A program made the position numbers and the translations under genes. From Lama glama (Eukaryota), in the NCBI GenBank assembly GCA_028534125.1, contig CM052817.1:53446001-53510000 (forward strand): 64,000 nt of DNA, in the 5' to 3' direction. Position 1 is the stretch's first letter. The number at the start of each line of letters is the position of its first letter. The notes under the pieces were generated by a model. It did no database searches. It was not told the DNA's origin and saw nothing but the letters and a program-made list of their open reading frames with translations. This document shows, one piece after another, positions 51,021 through 63,796 of the stretch.

Positions 51021-51639
51021 TCTATTAGTTTTCTGTTACTGCTGTAACAGATTACCACAAACTTGGTGGTTTACAACACACAATTATTTTCTCATAGTTT
51101 CTGTAGGTCAGAAACCTGAGATGGGTCTCACTGGATGAAAAGTCAAGCGTCTACAAGGCTGCACTCCTTACTCAGGCTCTGGGAAAGAAACCAGTCTAAG
51201 CTCATTCACATCATTGACATTTCAGTTCCATAAAGTTGTAGGATTAATTCCCTTTCTTCACTTGCTGTCAGCCAGGTACACCTTCACTCCTAGGAGCCTC
51301 TCATCCTCACTAAAGGGACCCCCAGATCTCAGAACCAGCAACAGCATACTGAGTCCCTCTCAGGCTAGGGATCTCTCAGATTTCCCCTTGTACTGCATCC
51401 TGTCTGCCTAATGTTGCTGTTGCATCTCCCTGATTCCAGCCAGATAAAGTTTTCTGTCCCCAGGAGCTCATGTGATAAGATCGGGACCACTCAGATAATC
51501 CAAGACTATTTGCCTATTCTGAAAAGCATAATTTAAATTACATTTGCAAAGTTTCTTTTGCCACGAAACATAACCTATTCAAAGGTTCCAGAGACAAGGA
51601 TGTGGGCATCTTTGGGGAGTCATTATTAAGCCTGTCGCA
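51021..51639 (-). mobile_element. ERVL-MaLR solo LTR, MLT1E-like
   Basis: tattagttttctgttactgctgtaacagattaccacaaacttggtggtt...ataatccaagact...ggatgtgggcatctttgggg. Confidence 0.85.
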
Positions 51640-52024
51640 TAGTTTAATTGAGAAGAGGCTCTGAAGGGAATAGGGAAGCGTGGAGACAGCAAAGAAAAGG
51701 AATGGCAATAGAGATTAAAAATTTTTTTTGAGACTATTTACATTCATGTCCTTAATGTCTCTTACATACTACAAGCTCATTCCTATACTAGTATCTTATA
51801 CCCTTTGCCCTGCTCAAAGCAAACCTCTTTTTTTTTTTTTAAATGTTTTGCCTATTCAAAGCATCATCTGTTTTCTGGTTTCTAGGAAGATCCTTCTTCT
51901 TAAAGTAAACACCAATATTTACTCAAAGTATTATTGATTTTCTTATTTCACAGAATCTCTAAACATTTCAGAACTAAACCATTAGCATTTTTTAATGATT
52001 GACTAATGTAAATTTCACCTCCTC

Positions 52025-52275
52025 AAAGTAATGTATGTGAGAGTTAAGAGCATGGATTCTACAGCAGAGTACCTAGATGACATCCCAGATCTGTCACTTG
52101 ATAGCTGTACACCTTTAAGCAAGTTAATAAACACCTTTGTGTCAGTTTTCTTCTCTGTAAAACAGGAATAACAGTAATACCATGGTTTAAGAGAGTTAAT
52201 ACACATTGAGTGCTTCGAACAATGTCTAACACATAATAGGTGCTCAGTAAACACTAACTTTGATTTCTATTATTA
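52025..52275 (+). mobile_element. MIR SINE (near full length)
   Basis: gttaagagcatggattct...agcaagtta...tcagttttcttctctgtaaaacaggaataaca...acacataataggtgctcagtaaa. Confidence 0.85.
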
Positions 52276-52948
52276 ATACTGTTTAAGCGATTTGAGAAAA
52301 TATTCTATTTTTAGGTTATATTCAATAAGGCTCCAAATTCTTTAGCTGTATGTAATTTTCCCCTATGTGATTTCTGTGTGTATGCCAGTAAAATATAGGT
52401 GAAAATTAATAGAGGCCACATATATATTGATACTTTAATAGTCATTATTATATACACTTAATTTTATTTCAATAAAATGTCCTGTGTGCATTAATTATAG
52501 TTTGTATGAGAAGCTATACTTAATCTAAATCTTTTAAAGTGAGAATATTTTACTTGATGATTCTAGACTGCTATTCAAACAAAATAAGTGAGTATACATA
52601 CATTTTATTTTGGCCTAAATCATTAAAGCAAAAGGTATGTAACTAATGCTATAATATAATGCAGCATAGAAAATTCATAAGAAAATTCACAGTATCAACT
52701 CAAGGGTCTCAGGTTCATGAACATTTTAACAGCCTTATTTAAATTTTAATCATTGGTTTTTAAGTGATATTTTCTAAAATGAATTTTGTTTCATCTTTTT
52801 AGAAAACTAAATTTTAAGCAAACTATATCCTTACTAGAACCAATGAGAAAACATACCACTTCCTCATTCATTCAACTATTATTTACTGAGGTTAGAGATA
52901 GTATCTAAATAGTTAAGTGACAAGTGTGAAATAAAATTTCTTATTTTA

Positions 52949-53376
52949 TGATAAGAAACGAAAAATTTAAACAAAAAATTCTCTCTGCCCTTTGGCCTCC
53001 TCTCTCCCTGCACTGTGCATTGTGTATCTGCACTATACATTGACCAAACCTCCCCCATCCACAGAAATACCTGCTCAACCATAAGAGCAACATTCTCCTA
53101 GCATCAAGACAACTCCTTAAATGACAATATTCCTTCTTGATCCGGTAAGGGGCCATGATGACGCTTAGATCTGCATTGTTCAAACTGTCAATAATACATC
53201 ATTTAATACACAGCCTTCTGTCTCAAAAAATCTTACATAACTATGCTTTGACTTCTAAGGGACAGGACAGTTCTCAGAACTTTTTTGGATGCTCTTCCTG
53301 AGTTATAATCCTCAAATTTGCTTAAATACAGTTTTCCATTTCTTTCTTAGATTGACTGATTAATTTTTTAACAACA
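52949..53376 (+). mobile_element. ERV1-type solo LTR (lineage-specific)
   Basis: About 430 bp, TG...CA; 3' motif ttataatcctcaaatttgcttaaataca...gattgactgattaatttt...aca typical of ERV1 LTR ends; TSD not found, so the 5' boundary is uncertain. Confidence 0.65.
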
Positions 53377-53749
53377 AACTTTAATTGCCAATCTTTGAAG
53401 CAATATTAGAGATAGAATCTCTGAAAAATGAGGAAAAATGATCCCTAAGTATGGTCCTGAAGGTCATAGAGCTTGCTGTTATAACACCCAGATTGAACTC
53501 TGTTCTGTTGTACTTCAAAGCCCAGCAGATTTCAGCACAAGGTGTCGTTGCTCATTAACTATCCTAATTTGATCGGTATTCCTCCCACCCAGTACCTAAT
53601 AAATGTCTGTTTCACTTTTAGAGTTTAATAAACATGTGTTGAATAAGTGAATACATGAACTATATTATTAGATTAATTATAAAATTTTTCATTTGAAATC
53701 TTCCAAAGAAAGAATTGAATAGAATCATGCATTTCAAATGTAGCAGCAA

Positions 53750-54270
53750 CCTTGTAATGCTTTTGGCTTCAAGAAACAACATACCTACTATTAGTGACTG
53801 AAACACATGGTTCTATTAATAAATCTTGAATGACAAGAAGTCCAGAGGTTAATTCAGCAGCTAAACCATGTCAGACCTCTTCATCATTTATTATTCTCCT
53901 GACTCTTCCCTTACAATTGCCTGCCGCTGCCACAAGCCTCAGTCACACGAAACTGTGTTGAAAGGCGAAGGTGGGAAGGAAATGAAGGACCCTCTTCCCT
54001 TATGCACCTCTCTCTTTTAATTAGAGAGGAAACTTAACCCCAACGTCCCTCAGCAGCGTTACTCCTCTGTCTTTTTAGCCACAACAGGGTCATATGCTTA
54101 ATCCTCCATCAGGTGAAAAGGTATAGGATTAATATAATTGACTGCATCATTTAATAGTCATGCCCTGTGCAGAGCATAATTCTTCCCCTTAACGTGAATA
54201 AAATCAGCATCCTGTTTGCAAAAATAAGAGGACAAACGGCTAACTGGTAGGCAGCTAGCAGAAGCAGGTG
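53750..54270 (-). mobile_element. Ancient ERVL-MaLR LTR (MLT1K/L-like)
   Basis: atgcttttggcttcaagaaacaac...acaagaagtccagagg...gggtcatatg...aaaatcagcatcctgtt...ggtaggcagc. Confidence 0.6.
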
Positions 54271-54434
54271 CCCTTTCCTTAGTTCTCTCTGTCTGCCACA
54301 TACTAGCCAGAGCGCTGGACATGTTTCAAACAGCTTAAGAGATGGAACCCATTTTCAACAATGCAACTGCTTATGCAGATATCATGAAAAATTACACAAC
54401 AATGATAGTAATAATTCACACAAGCAAATGTAAT

Positions 54435-54590
54435 AGATGTTATTGTTTTTTCCATTCATCGATGAAGAAAATAAGATTTAATTACCTTGCCCAGTAAGAG
54501 CACATCTCAGCAATCTCAGCAGAGAAACTGAGAGTGGCTGAGACTCAAGTTCATGTTTCTGTGACTCCAAAGCTGGAGTTCTTAATGTCT
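54435..54590 (-). mobile_element. MIR fragment
   Basis: ccattcatcgatgaagaaaataag...accttgccca...tgtgactccaaagc. Confidence 0.45.
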
Positions 54591-54899
54591 AAGATACATG
54601 ACCTAAATGTCACCGGAGGACTGCCACTTAGAATGATTGAGAGGAATTCTTGTTCCATGCATTTCCCACCTTTACTTTGTAACAGTTTTAATATCAACTG
54701 CTGCTTCTTTGGAATCAGAATTAATATCTACGGGAACATAATGCTGTGCAAAGTACTGCATGTTATCAGAAATCCCAAAATCTAGTTTCTGTGTTCTTGA
54801 AGACAATAGTCTAATGTGAAAAGCCAGCAGGGTGGAGGCGGGTAGGGTGAAGGTTTTTGTTTTCAAAGTCAAAATGAAAAAAGAAACTTAGCGATAAAA

Positions 54900-54926
54900 T
54901 TCTCTCTCTTTCTCTCTCTCTGCTCC

Positions 54927-54974
<48 letters not shown>
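54900..54974. repeat. (CT)n-(AC)n microsatellite
   Basis: tctctctctttctctctctc then 22 ac units (54931-54974). Confidence 0.95.
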
Positions 54975-54977
<3 letters not shown>

Positions 54978-56781
54978 ACCTTGACCTTGACCAGTAGACA
55001 ACCTTTGTAAAATCTAAACATAATATCTGAACTTTTGTCTGGGAAATAAATAAACAAACACCTGTTTCTCCAGGCTACAATAATGAATATACAAGTTTTA
55101 TAAAAGACTGCAATGCCTAGAAATGTCTAATGAAACCAAGGCATCTTTCAATCAATGATAGATTAATTGAATTTAATATGGTGGGATTGGAAAAGTCACT
55201 GTAACTAATTGCCCTTACAGTCTGTGAATGCCTCTAACTGTGATATATAGTAGCACACTTCAGTATTTTAGTTAAGGGTCTTGTTATTAAATTACCTTGA
55301 AACATCAATATTGGAGGTTAGAAAGCTCATTTACTATTTATCTGTTGTCTAAGATGAAAGGTCACCTTTTCTTTTAACATTTAGTTCTTATATTTTCCAT
55401 GTGCCTGCGGCTAATGATAGCAAATTTAAAATAATGCAGTGATGTTACCTAGTGGAACAAAAGCAATCAATCCCTACAAATACCTGGAGAAATTAAAAAT
55501 ATGCTGCAAAATTGATTGCTTGCCTAAACTACATCTTATCATCTAGTAGCTAGTAAGCCTAATTTAGCTACATGATGAGTGCTACCTATCACCTCTTTTC
55601 TGATTTCAAATTCAGCAGCCTCAGAAGAAGCATCGTTCATTTGTTCGTAGAATGTCACCGACACATACATTAGCCCTTATAGTAGGATAAAAAAAAAATC
55701 CATCTGTCTTCTTAAAATCCTGTGACTTTCACAAAGAGTTGTTTACCATCTTTCCCATAAAAGCACTTCTAATATTGAAGAATCATGAGTCTGCTGTACA
55801 CATACGTGCATGTGTGTAATTCTTCCTATGACAGTTCACTATTGGGTCAATATAAAGCATCTTTATTAGGGCTTCACAATTATCTTATTGCCCTCAAAGA
55901 TAAGCACAAGAAGGACAAAAACCACAGAGGTAGATCTCACACCTAATATATACCAAGCACCATCCTAGACTCTTTGATGTAGTCTGTGTCACAGAGACTA
56001 TCTCACAGTAACAGTAGTGGGGATGTTAGGAAAGAATTCATGGTGTTAGAAAATAATTATGATAAAAAATACTACCATAATTATCGAATGTCTATCATGT
56101 GCCAGGCACAGGTACGTCAGAGGTATGCAATCATCTAAAAGTCTTACAAAACTCATGTAAAGGTAGTCGATATATAAATTTGTATAGATTGGATTCCTCT
56201 ATGTATTGAATGTTAGTTACATCTACGTTTTAAAACCAAATTTTGCTTTGGCTTTGGGACTTCAGTCTCAACTGTCTTATCAATTAGGAGGAAATTAAAC
56301 TCAAACAAAAAAGAAGTCGACTTTCTCTTCAAGTTCTAATGCATAATTACATTTGGAATTATATTTTCCAACATAGTTTAGAGTTTTCTTTCCAAGTTCT
56401 CTTTCTTTCCTTTTTTTTAAGCCATTTTCAAAGGAGATATTTTAATAGTTACATATATTTTGTGTTTTTAAAAAAATACACTGGAATTGTATGTGTATTA
56501 ACAAAAACATTTACATAGGATATGGCCACAACCCTGAACTCAATTACTGTCCTGTGTAGCAGTGCTGTCTGCAGTCAGCACCCAATCAATATCATTATAG
56601 TACTTGGTGCACATTAATAACCCTTTTGGTGTCCTAAGCCTGAAACCCACAGCTTTCATGAAATTTTGACAGTGACATTTGTCACTTTTAATTAGTATAG
56701 GTGTTGAAACCAGATAATTAGTGTTAAAATCCACTACCCCCATTACCAAAAGAGATGAATGTTCTGAATGATAGTGTAAGA

Positions 56782-56931
56782 CAGAAGTTGGCAAACTGCT
56801 TCTGTAAAGGACCAGATAAGAACTACTTTAGACTTTGTGGCCACTCTGTATGGTCTTTGTCCCAACTACTCTATCCTGCCACGGTAGAAGGGAAGCAGGC
56901 AGTCAATACAAACAGGTGGGCTGTGTTCCAA
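56782..56931. mobile_element. hAT-Charlie MITE, MER58-like, truncated
   Basis: cagaagttggcaaact...tgtaaaggaccagataag...tttagactttgtggcca...caactactc...ggctgtgttccaat. Confidence 0.8.
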
Positions 56932-56989
56932 TCACTAGGCAGTGAATCAGATTTTCTTATGTTGTATACACATTTACACAAGTTTGGAA

Positions 56990-57157
56990 TATTTTATAAA
57001 TTCATATGTGATGCTTTCCTTGACCTATGTATTATTTAGAATTAAATGTGTATTTAATTTCTAAATGTTTTGAGGTTTTCCTAGGCATCTTATTGTTACT
57101 GATTTCCAATTTAATTCCTGTGATAAGAAAACATACTCTATATGATTTGAAATTATT
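56990..57157 (-). mobile_element. Old L1M ORF2 fragment
   Basis: ttccttgacctatgtattatttagaa...tttaatttctaaat...tgttactgatttccaatttaattcc...aacatactctatatgattt. Confidence 0.7.
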
Positions 57158-57159
57158 TA

Positions 57160-57810
57160 TTTTCATTATAGAAGTTTCAAGTGTACAGCATTGTTATTTG
57201 ACATCTGTATGTACCACAAAATGATCCTGACCATAAGATTAGTTACTATCTATCCCCATACAGTTGACCCCCTTTACCCATTATGCCCAACCCCCAACTC
57301 CTTCCCCTCTGGTAACCACTAAGCTGTTCTCTGTATCTATGAATTTATTTGCTATTTTTATATTCCACATATGAGTGAAATAATATGGTATTTATGTTTC
57401 TCCATCTGACTTATTTCACTTAGCCTAATACCTTTCAAGTCTATCCATGTTGTCCACAATGGTTGGATTTCATTGCTTTTTATGAATGAGTAGTATTCCA
57501 TTGTGTGTGTGTGAGTGTGTGTGTGTGTGTGTATCACATTTTCTTTATGCATTCATCCACTGATGGATAGTTAGGTAGTTTCCATATCTTACCTGTGTTA
57601 AATAATGCTGCAGTGAACACAGAGGTGCATTTATCTTTTCAAGTAAGTGTTTTCTTGTTCTTTTGAAAAATATTCAAAAATAGAAAAGCTGGGCCATATG
57701 GTACTTTTGTTCTTAATTTTTTGAGGAATCTTTATACTGTTTTTCAGTGTCTCCACCAATTTATAGTTCCACCAACAGTGTTTGAGGATTTCCTTTTCTC
57801 CACATTCTTG
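57160..57810 (-). mobile_element. LINE-1 3' end (L1MA9-like) containing a (TG)n run
   Basis: cccttcccctctggtaaccact-like motif, tattccacatatgagtgaaataatatgg, gacttatttcacttagc, tagtattccattgtgtg, taatttttt gaggaa, ccaccaacagtg. Confidence 0.9.
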
Positions 57811-57889
57811 TATTTTGCCCAGAACTTATTGTTATCTCTAGGAATTTCCTAGAGAACATGGTCATGAAAAGTGTTTAGCCCAATTTATT

Positions 57890-58230
57890 TTTAAAATGTG
57901 AATGCAGGGCTCTACATTTACCTTGCTACATTTCATTTTATTGGTATTAGACCACTGCTTATATTGATTATGACTTTTTCTCAACATGTATCATAATGCC
58001 TAGGATTCACCAACAAAATTCCTAGACTTATACTGAATGAATGAAATAATTTTAAATATTGTTTCTAACACTTGTATTATCTTTCCCGCCCAGCTGTGTT
58101 CCTATAGAAGCAATAACTTATAACTGTAGTCCTGGATAAAACTATTTACAGAAAATTATTTAAGATATACCATTTCAATTTTCTTCCTAGATTGTCACTG
58201 ATCCTTATCACATTATTTAAGCATTGCTGC
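57890..58230 (-). mobile_element. Probable CR1/L3 fragment with an embedded L2 tail (about 57980-58045)
   Basis: aatgcagggctctacatttaccttgctacatttcatttta resembles antisense L3; tgcctagga...ctgaatgaatgaa is an L2 terminus. Confidence 0.4.
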
Positions 58231-58349
58231 GAAATAAATACATATCCATCTATCTCTTTCTAAGTTATATGTATATATGTGTGTGTGGTGCATGTATGTG
58301 TGTATTCCCATGAATCTTTCTCTTCCTTCCTTCCTTCCTTCTTTCCTTC

Positions 58350-58689
58350 CTTTCGACTCAGACTTGCATCTTTTCCTTTTGAATCACATTGTCTTTAATT
58401 GATAGGAATTCCCATCCCCTGGGTCTTTACCAGCCAGTGACTCACTGATGTGGAGCTATAGCAGCCCTACTCCCATGATGAATTCTTGGTGGGATCACAT
58501 TCCAGAACTACTATGAAATCAGGCTGAGGCTATACATCTCTGATAGTCATCTTTGCCCACTTTATTCCTCTGCTCTAGCCTGCTTTCATTATAATCCTAC
58601 ATAGTTCTCTTAAGAGAACTTCCTGGATTAATCCCTTGTACAACAACCTCTTTCTCATGGTCCACTTTTGGAGAACCCAAACTAAAGTA
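58350..58689 (+). mobile_element. ERVL LTR, LTR16-like
   Basis: cagccagtgactcactgatgtggag...atcaggctgaggcta...ttcctctgctctagcctgctttc...ggagaacccaaactaaa. Confidence 0.7.
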
Positions 58690-58874
58690 GCCCTCTTTAG
58701 CTCCCATTAAAAAAAAAAACAACTGCATTTGATTTTACTTTCTATTTCAATGAAGAAAAGTTAAAAGAATAACCATGGAAAACACTGGAGAGTAACCCAA
58801 TAAAATCCTCCAATCTTCTTCTACAATACCTAGCTGTATACTGGAGATTAGAAAACTAAGACTAAATTTTCAGT

Positions 58875-59145
58875 AACCCAGTCACAGAATGACAAATATG
58901 TAATTCCACTTATATGAGGTAATTAATGTAGTCAAATTCATAGAAACAGAAAATAGAATGGTAATTTATCAGGTGCTGGGAAGAGAAGAGAAAGAATTGT
59001 TTAATAGATACAGAGTTTCCATTTTGCAAGATGGTAAAGTTCTGGGGCTCTATTTCATAAAAATATCAATATACTTAGCACTATGAAACTATAGACTCAA
59101 AAATGGTTAAGACAGTAGAGAAAGAAAAAATAATATGGTAAATAT
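58875..59145 (+). mobile_element. L1MB-type 3' end
   Basis: cagtcacagaatgacaaata...ccacttatatgaggta...gtagtcaaattcatagaaacagaaaatagaatggt...aaaatggttaaga. Confidence 0.85.
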
Positions 59146-59489
59146 ATACATATACACATGGAAAAAATCCATATAAATTAATTTCACTGAAAGTGGGCTT
59201 TTTTTTGTTTTGTTCACTAATGTAGCATCAACATCTAGAAAAGTGCAAAGATATAGCTGGTGTTCAACAACTTTTGAACAATAAACATATTTCTTAGCAA
59301 AAAGAAATCACAAAAGAATATATGCCAATATGTATTTCATTTGTGTGAGTGTATCTCTGTGTGTATGTGTATAAATGTGTACACACACATATATATACTA
59401 CTCCATTATAGTCAGGATAAAATAGGTTATGCTGCTGTAACAGACAACTGTAAATAAACCACGCTATTTTGCAAAAAAAGAAAAAGATT

Positions 59490-59930
59490 AAATTTCCTAA
59501 GACTATTTTGTAGCTCAGGATCCCCAGATGACTTAGGTTCTACTAAGCATATATATCTACATGGGAATTGGAAAGCAAAAAGAGTAAGATAAGTCAATCA
59601 TGAGTGGCTCTCCTGACGATCACTGTAGAGAGGCATTTAATTATTTTGCAACAGTTGTAACAGAGGTTCCTTCCCCCTCCTGACCCTTTCCATTTTTCCT
59701 CTCCTTTATGAGTCTCTTAAGGTAGGCAGTAATAACAGAAAGATTTTGTCTAACTAACCATATGACAGTTGGATGCATTATCATATCTATACTTCTTTTG
59801 CATTATGAAAACCTGGGTCCCTGATTCTCCTAGAAATTTTATCAGATAACTCATGTTTTCTGATAAATCCCAACCCACAAAACTAGCTACGGTGGATACA
59901 GTTGCCTGAAAGTAAAAATTCTAACTAAGA
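59490..59930 (+). mobile_element. Ancient ERVL LTR (LTR33-like)
   Basis: atttcctaagactattttgtagct...gacttaggttcta...aactagcta...gtggatacagttg...tctaactaa. Confidence 0.45.
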
Positions 59931-60424
59931 AGCAAGTTAGGAACAAAAGTCATTGTCAACAACAGATCATCAAGCAATGAGAAAACTTGGATTATTTTTC
60001 TAACCTAATTGAGTTTGAAGATCACTGAATCCAGTTGACATTAGAAGATGGGACTATTAACCAATGGTATATAAGACCATAGTGGTTTAGTTGCATTAAA
60101 ACTGTAGGCACAGGAAATAAAATAATTTAAAGAAAACTTTGTCAGAATGATGGCCATCATGACAGATGACTAAGAGAAACACAATGAATTAAAGAACCCT
60201 GGAGAGTCAGGCTGCTTCTGACTAAATTCAACACATAAACTCAAGAAGTAAGATTCTATCTCTTGCTTGGACAGTTAGTTGATACCTTTTAGCTCTACTG
60301 TAAATGAAATTGAATGCACCCAAATCTTTGCAAGACCCTAAGCTTTAGTAATATAGTGTTGCTGGAGCAGATGCATAATGAACAACACACACAGACAGCC
60401 CTTATCCTTTCTCCAGAAAGGCTG

Positions 60425-60805
60425 TGTTTTGGGCTGAAAGTTTTTGTTCCCCCAAATTCATATGTTGAGATCCTACACCCCAATGTGATGGTATTGAGAA
60501 GTGGGACCTTTGGGAGATAACTGGGTTTAGTTAGGTGAGGTCATGAGCACAGTGCCCTTATAAGAAGAGATCAGAGAGTGTTCTCTCTCTCTCCCTCTCT
60601 CTCTCATTCTCCTGCCCTCCTGTCCCCATGTGAGCATACAGCAAGATGGCAGCTGCCTGCAAACCAGGAAGAGAGCCCTCCCAGACAGTGAATCTTCCAG
60701 CATCTTGATCTTAGACTTCCTGGCCTCCAGAACTATGAGAAATAAATATGTGTAGTTTAAACCACTCAGTTATAGTATTCTATTATAGCATCCTGAACTA
60801 AGACA
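60425..60805 (+). mobile_element. ERVL-MaLR solo LTR, MLT1A-like
   Basis: cccccaaattcatatgttga...ccaatgtgatggtatt...ggcctccagaactatgagaaataaa...tgaactaagaca. Confidence 0.9.
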
Positions 60806-61402
60806 TATGACAGATTGCATAAGATTTTGTTTCAAAACATTAAGAATTACATTGATGGTATACTTGAAAAAAAAGCAAACAACCATGGTGGCTCTCCAGT
60901 GTAGACCATAGATAAAAACAGGAGATAATATCATTGCCGTGAGTTCCATGAGTATTGTGAAGTTTAGGATGATGCAAAATAGCAACATTTAACAGCAAGA
61001 CAAGGAGGGTACTGGTACCCTCCTTGGGGGGGTACCCAAGGGCAGAGTAGTAATCAGAATTGTTTGGCATGCATATGTGTTTAGTGGTTTCTAAAATCAA
61101 TCTTGATAAAAAGCCTAAGAAGGTCCCACTATATCAATATATATGAAAGACTTCTAGTTCAGATGAACAAGGCCTGACTTCAGGTATCAAAATAGAGAAC
61201 AAGAACCTTTAAGTCAGTTCAAAGATCCAGAGTGCCTTGAATGAAGAGGAGAATGAGTACCCTTAAAAAAGAAATAAGCAATAAGATCACGAGTCCTTGT
61301 TATAAATTTTCTTTCACAAAAGAATTTGCTGCTTTTAACCAAGATAACTGCACTTGGGAAAGAGAAATGTCCAGATTTTTCAGGATTTATTTGACTCAGG
61401 CT

Positions 61403-61684
61403 CTATATTACATTCCTATTGCTACTGTAACAAGTTACACAAACACATAGTTCTGGAAGTCACAAGACTGAAATAGGTCTGATTGGGCTAAAATCAGGAT
61501 GTCTGTAGGACGTCATGCTTTTCTGGAGGCTGTAGCGATGAATTTGATTTCTTGCCTTTGTAGTTTCTAGAAGCTGTCCACATTTCTTGGTTCCTGGCCC
61601 ATTTCTATCTTCAAAACAAATAAAAGCTGGTCAAGTCCTTCTTATATTACATCACTCTGATACAATTATTTGCCTCCCTCTGCT
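61403..61684 (-). mobile_element. ERVL-MaLR LTR fragment, MLT1D-like
   Basis: ttcctattgctactgtaacaagttac...gggctaaaatcagg...tttctagaagctg...cttcaaa...catcactctga. Confidence 0.8.
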
Positions 61685-63204
61685 GATAGAAACTAATCAA
61701 TTGGCTTTACACTTTTGGGCTACAGAGATAAACAACTCATGATTAAATGGTGTGAGCATTTTCCTTGAAACATTCAATGAAACAATCCCAGCAATTAAAT
61801 TAGCAACATTTGCCAATGGTTAGCTTGAGACTATTCTATCTTGTATGTATCAAAACCCAAACAATAGTAAAACTGTAGGGAAACTCATAGTTTGAAATAA
61901 ACAGTTTACTATAATAACACTTTAAGAAGTTATTAATACAAATGTTATGGTATAATATAAGCAAAGACTTGATGCCAAAGAAAGGCATTGTTATAATAAT
62001 ATTTAATATATTTCTGGGACTAAGATAAAGCAACACAGAAGGATTAGGTTTATTATTCCCCAAAACATCAACTGCTAGAGGATGTTTACCAAAGAAGCTG
62101 TCCTCCCTTAAACCCTGAAGTTGTAGAACAAATAAACCCCCAGGATGACAGAATAAGATTGTTTCAGGGATGCAGTCTTCAGAGATTTCTTGGCAAAACT
62201 TTGAATGTCTAAGATAAATATTCCAATATTTCTCACCTTACATTGTTTTCCTTTTCCCATAAACTTACAGATGATACTGTGATTGATATGTAACCGTTAA
62301 AATAAATGTTTAATTTCCAAGAGGCTAAATCATGAAAATCAAGATGTAACTCATACAACAATTACAAACAGCTGGGAGTGGACTTCAGTGTATTATCACA
62401 ACACCCTCTCACCTTGAGACAACCATCACAATTCCATCTAGAAGTCTTTTAAAGAAGAATTCTAAGTTTACAAAGAGAAGTTTAAACTTTGCAAGCTGAT
62501 TTTGGTGGCACTAAGAATTATAATTTTATTTGAATAAAATATATGAAACTAGTAACACCTTGCTTTTGTTCAACATATTTACCTCCTGGCATGAAATCAA
62601 CTTTTGGTAACATAAAGGGTATACAGCCTAGAGAAGCACATACTGTGCTGTCAAAGAGGATTAAGACAAATGAGAACTCATCCTGGTTCCTAAGGCCTAC
62701 CCTCCTCACTTTATAGCAGCCAGAGGGGAAGATGTGTAAAATCATTACCCAGAACTACTCAGATTTTCGTATTGTTAGTTAGGACTGTTTTCTTACACCC
62801 ATTGCTCCAAGCATTAGGCTGCGTAACAGCAGTTCTGAACCTGCCATGAACGAACTAGAAATTCCTAGTTGTCTCCAGCTAGATACAGAGCGCAGAAAAA
62901 TTCCACTCTGGGATGGATGCAAGTTTAAACACTATTGAAGGCAAGTTTGGAAGAGTGAGAAAACTCACAAAATGGAACATAATGACTTCAGGTCAGATGG
63001 AGATTTTGCTTGAGAATACAGAGAATATATTTATGGATCAGTCCTCATTGTATGTACTTTAGGTCTTTTGCTTTATTAGCACCAACTGTTTGGAAATCTC
63101 CTTTTTCCTCCTTTTCCCATCACTGTCAGATAATAGTAAAAATAGTTCCTTCTTCACCACACAAAACTGAATTTTTAGCATGAGATAATTTCCGAAGGAT
63201 TCCT

Positions 63205-63360
63205 TTGACCAGGTTGAGAAGTGAAAAACCCCTTCTTAATTTGGACCCGGATAAGTCACTTAAACTTCTAAACCCCAAGTTCCTTGTTTGAAAAAATAGT
63301 ACTTACCTAAGGATTAAAATAATGTGTATGAGCACTCCATATATGGTAATTATTTTTATC
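63205..63360 (+). mobile_element. MIR fragment
   Basis: ggataagtcacttaaacttcta...agttcctt...aatagtacttacct...ggattaaa. Confidence 0.5.
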
Positions 63361-63796
63361 ACCACCACACGTAATTTTATGATACTAATGGTACTTGTGG
63401 TTCAAGACATATCTTTAGCAGTAACTCACTCTAATCAAACTGATTATAACTTCCATCCTACACATAATGCTCTCTGGCATTACATCCTATAGCAAATCTA
63501 CAAAACATTAAATTTACACTGAAAAAGAAAAGACTTACAAGAAAGACCAATCTTCTAACTAAATGATATCATACATTAGCCTTCTAATACAAAAATTATT
63601 CTTTTGATGGAGTAAGAATCCAATGATTTGCTGTTTTTCTCCTGAGTGTGTTGCATTCCTCAAGTGTCTAGTTATTTTGTCCTCTGAGGACACACTTCCC
63701 AGGGTATGAATTATTTTGTCTGGTGATGTATATTGGGAAAGGTCCAAAGGCCAGGCCAGTATTTATTAGTACTGAGGAGTTTAGAAAGAGAGAAGG

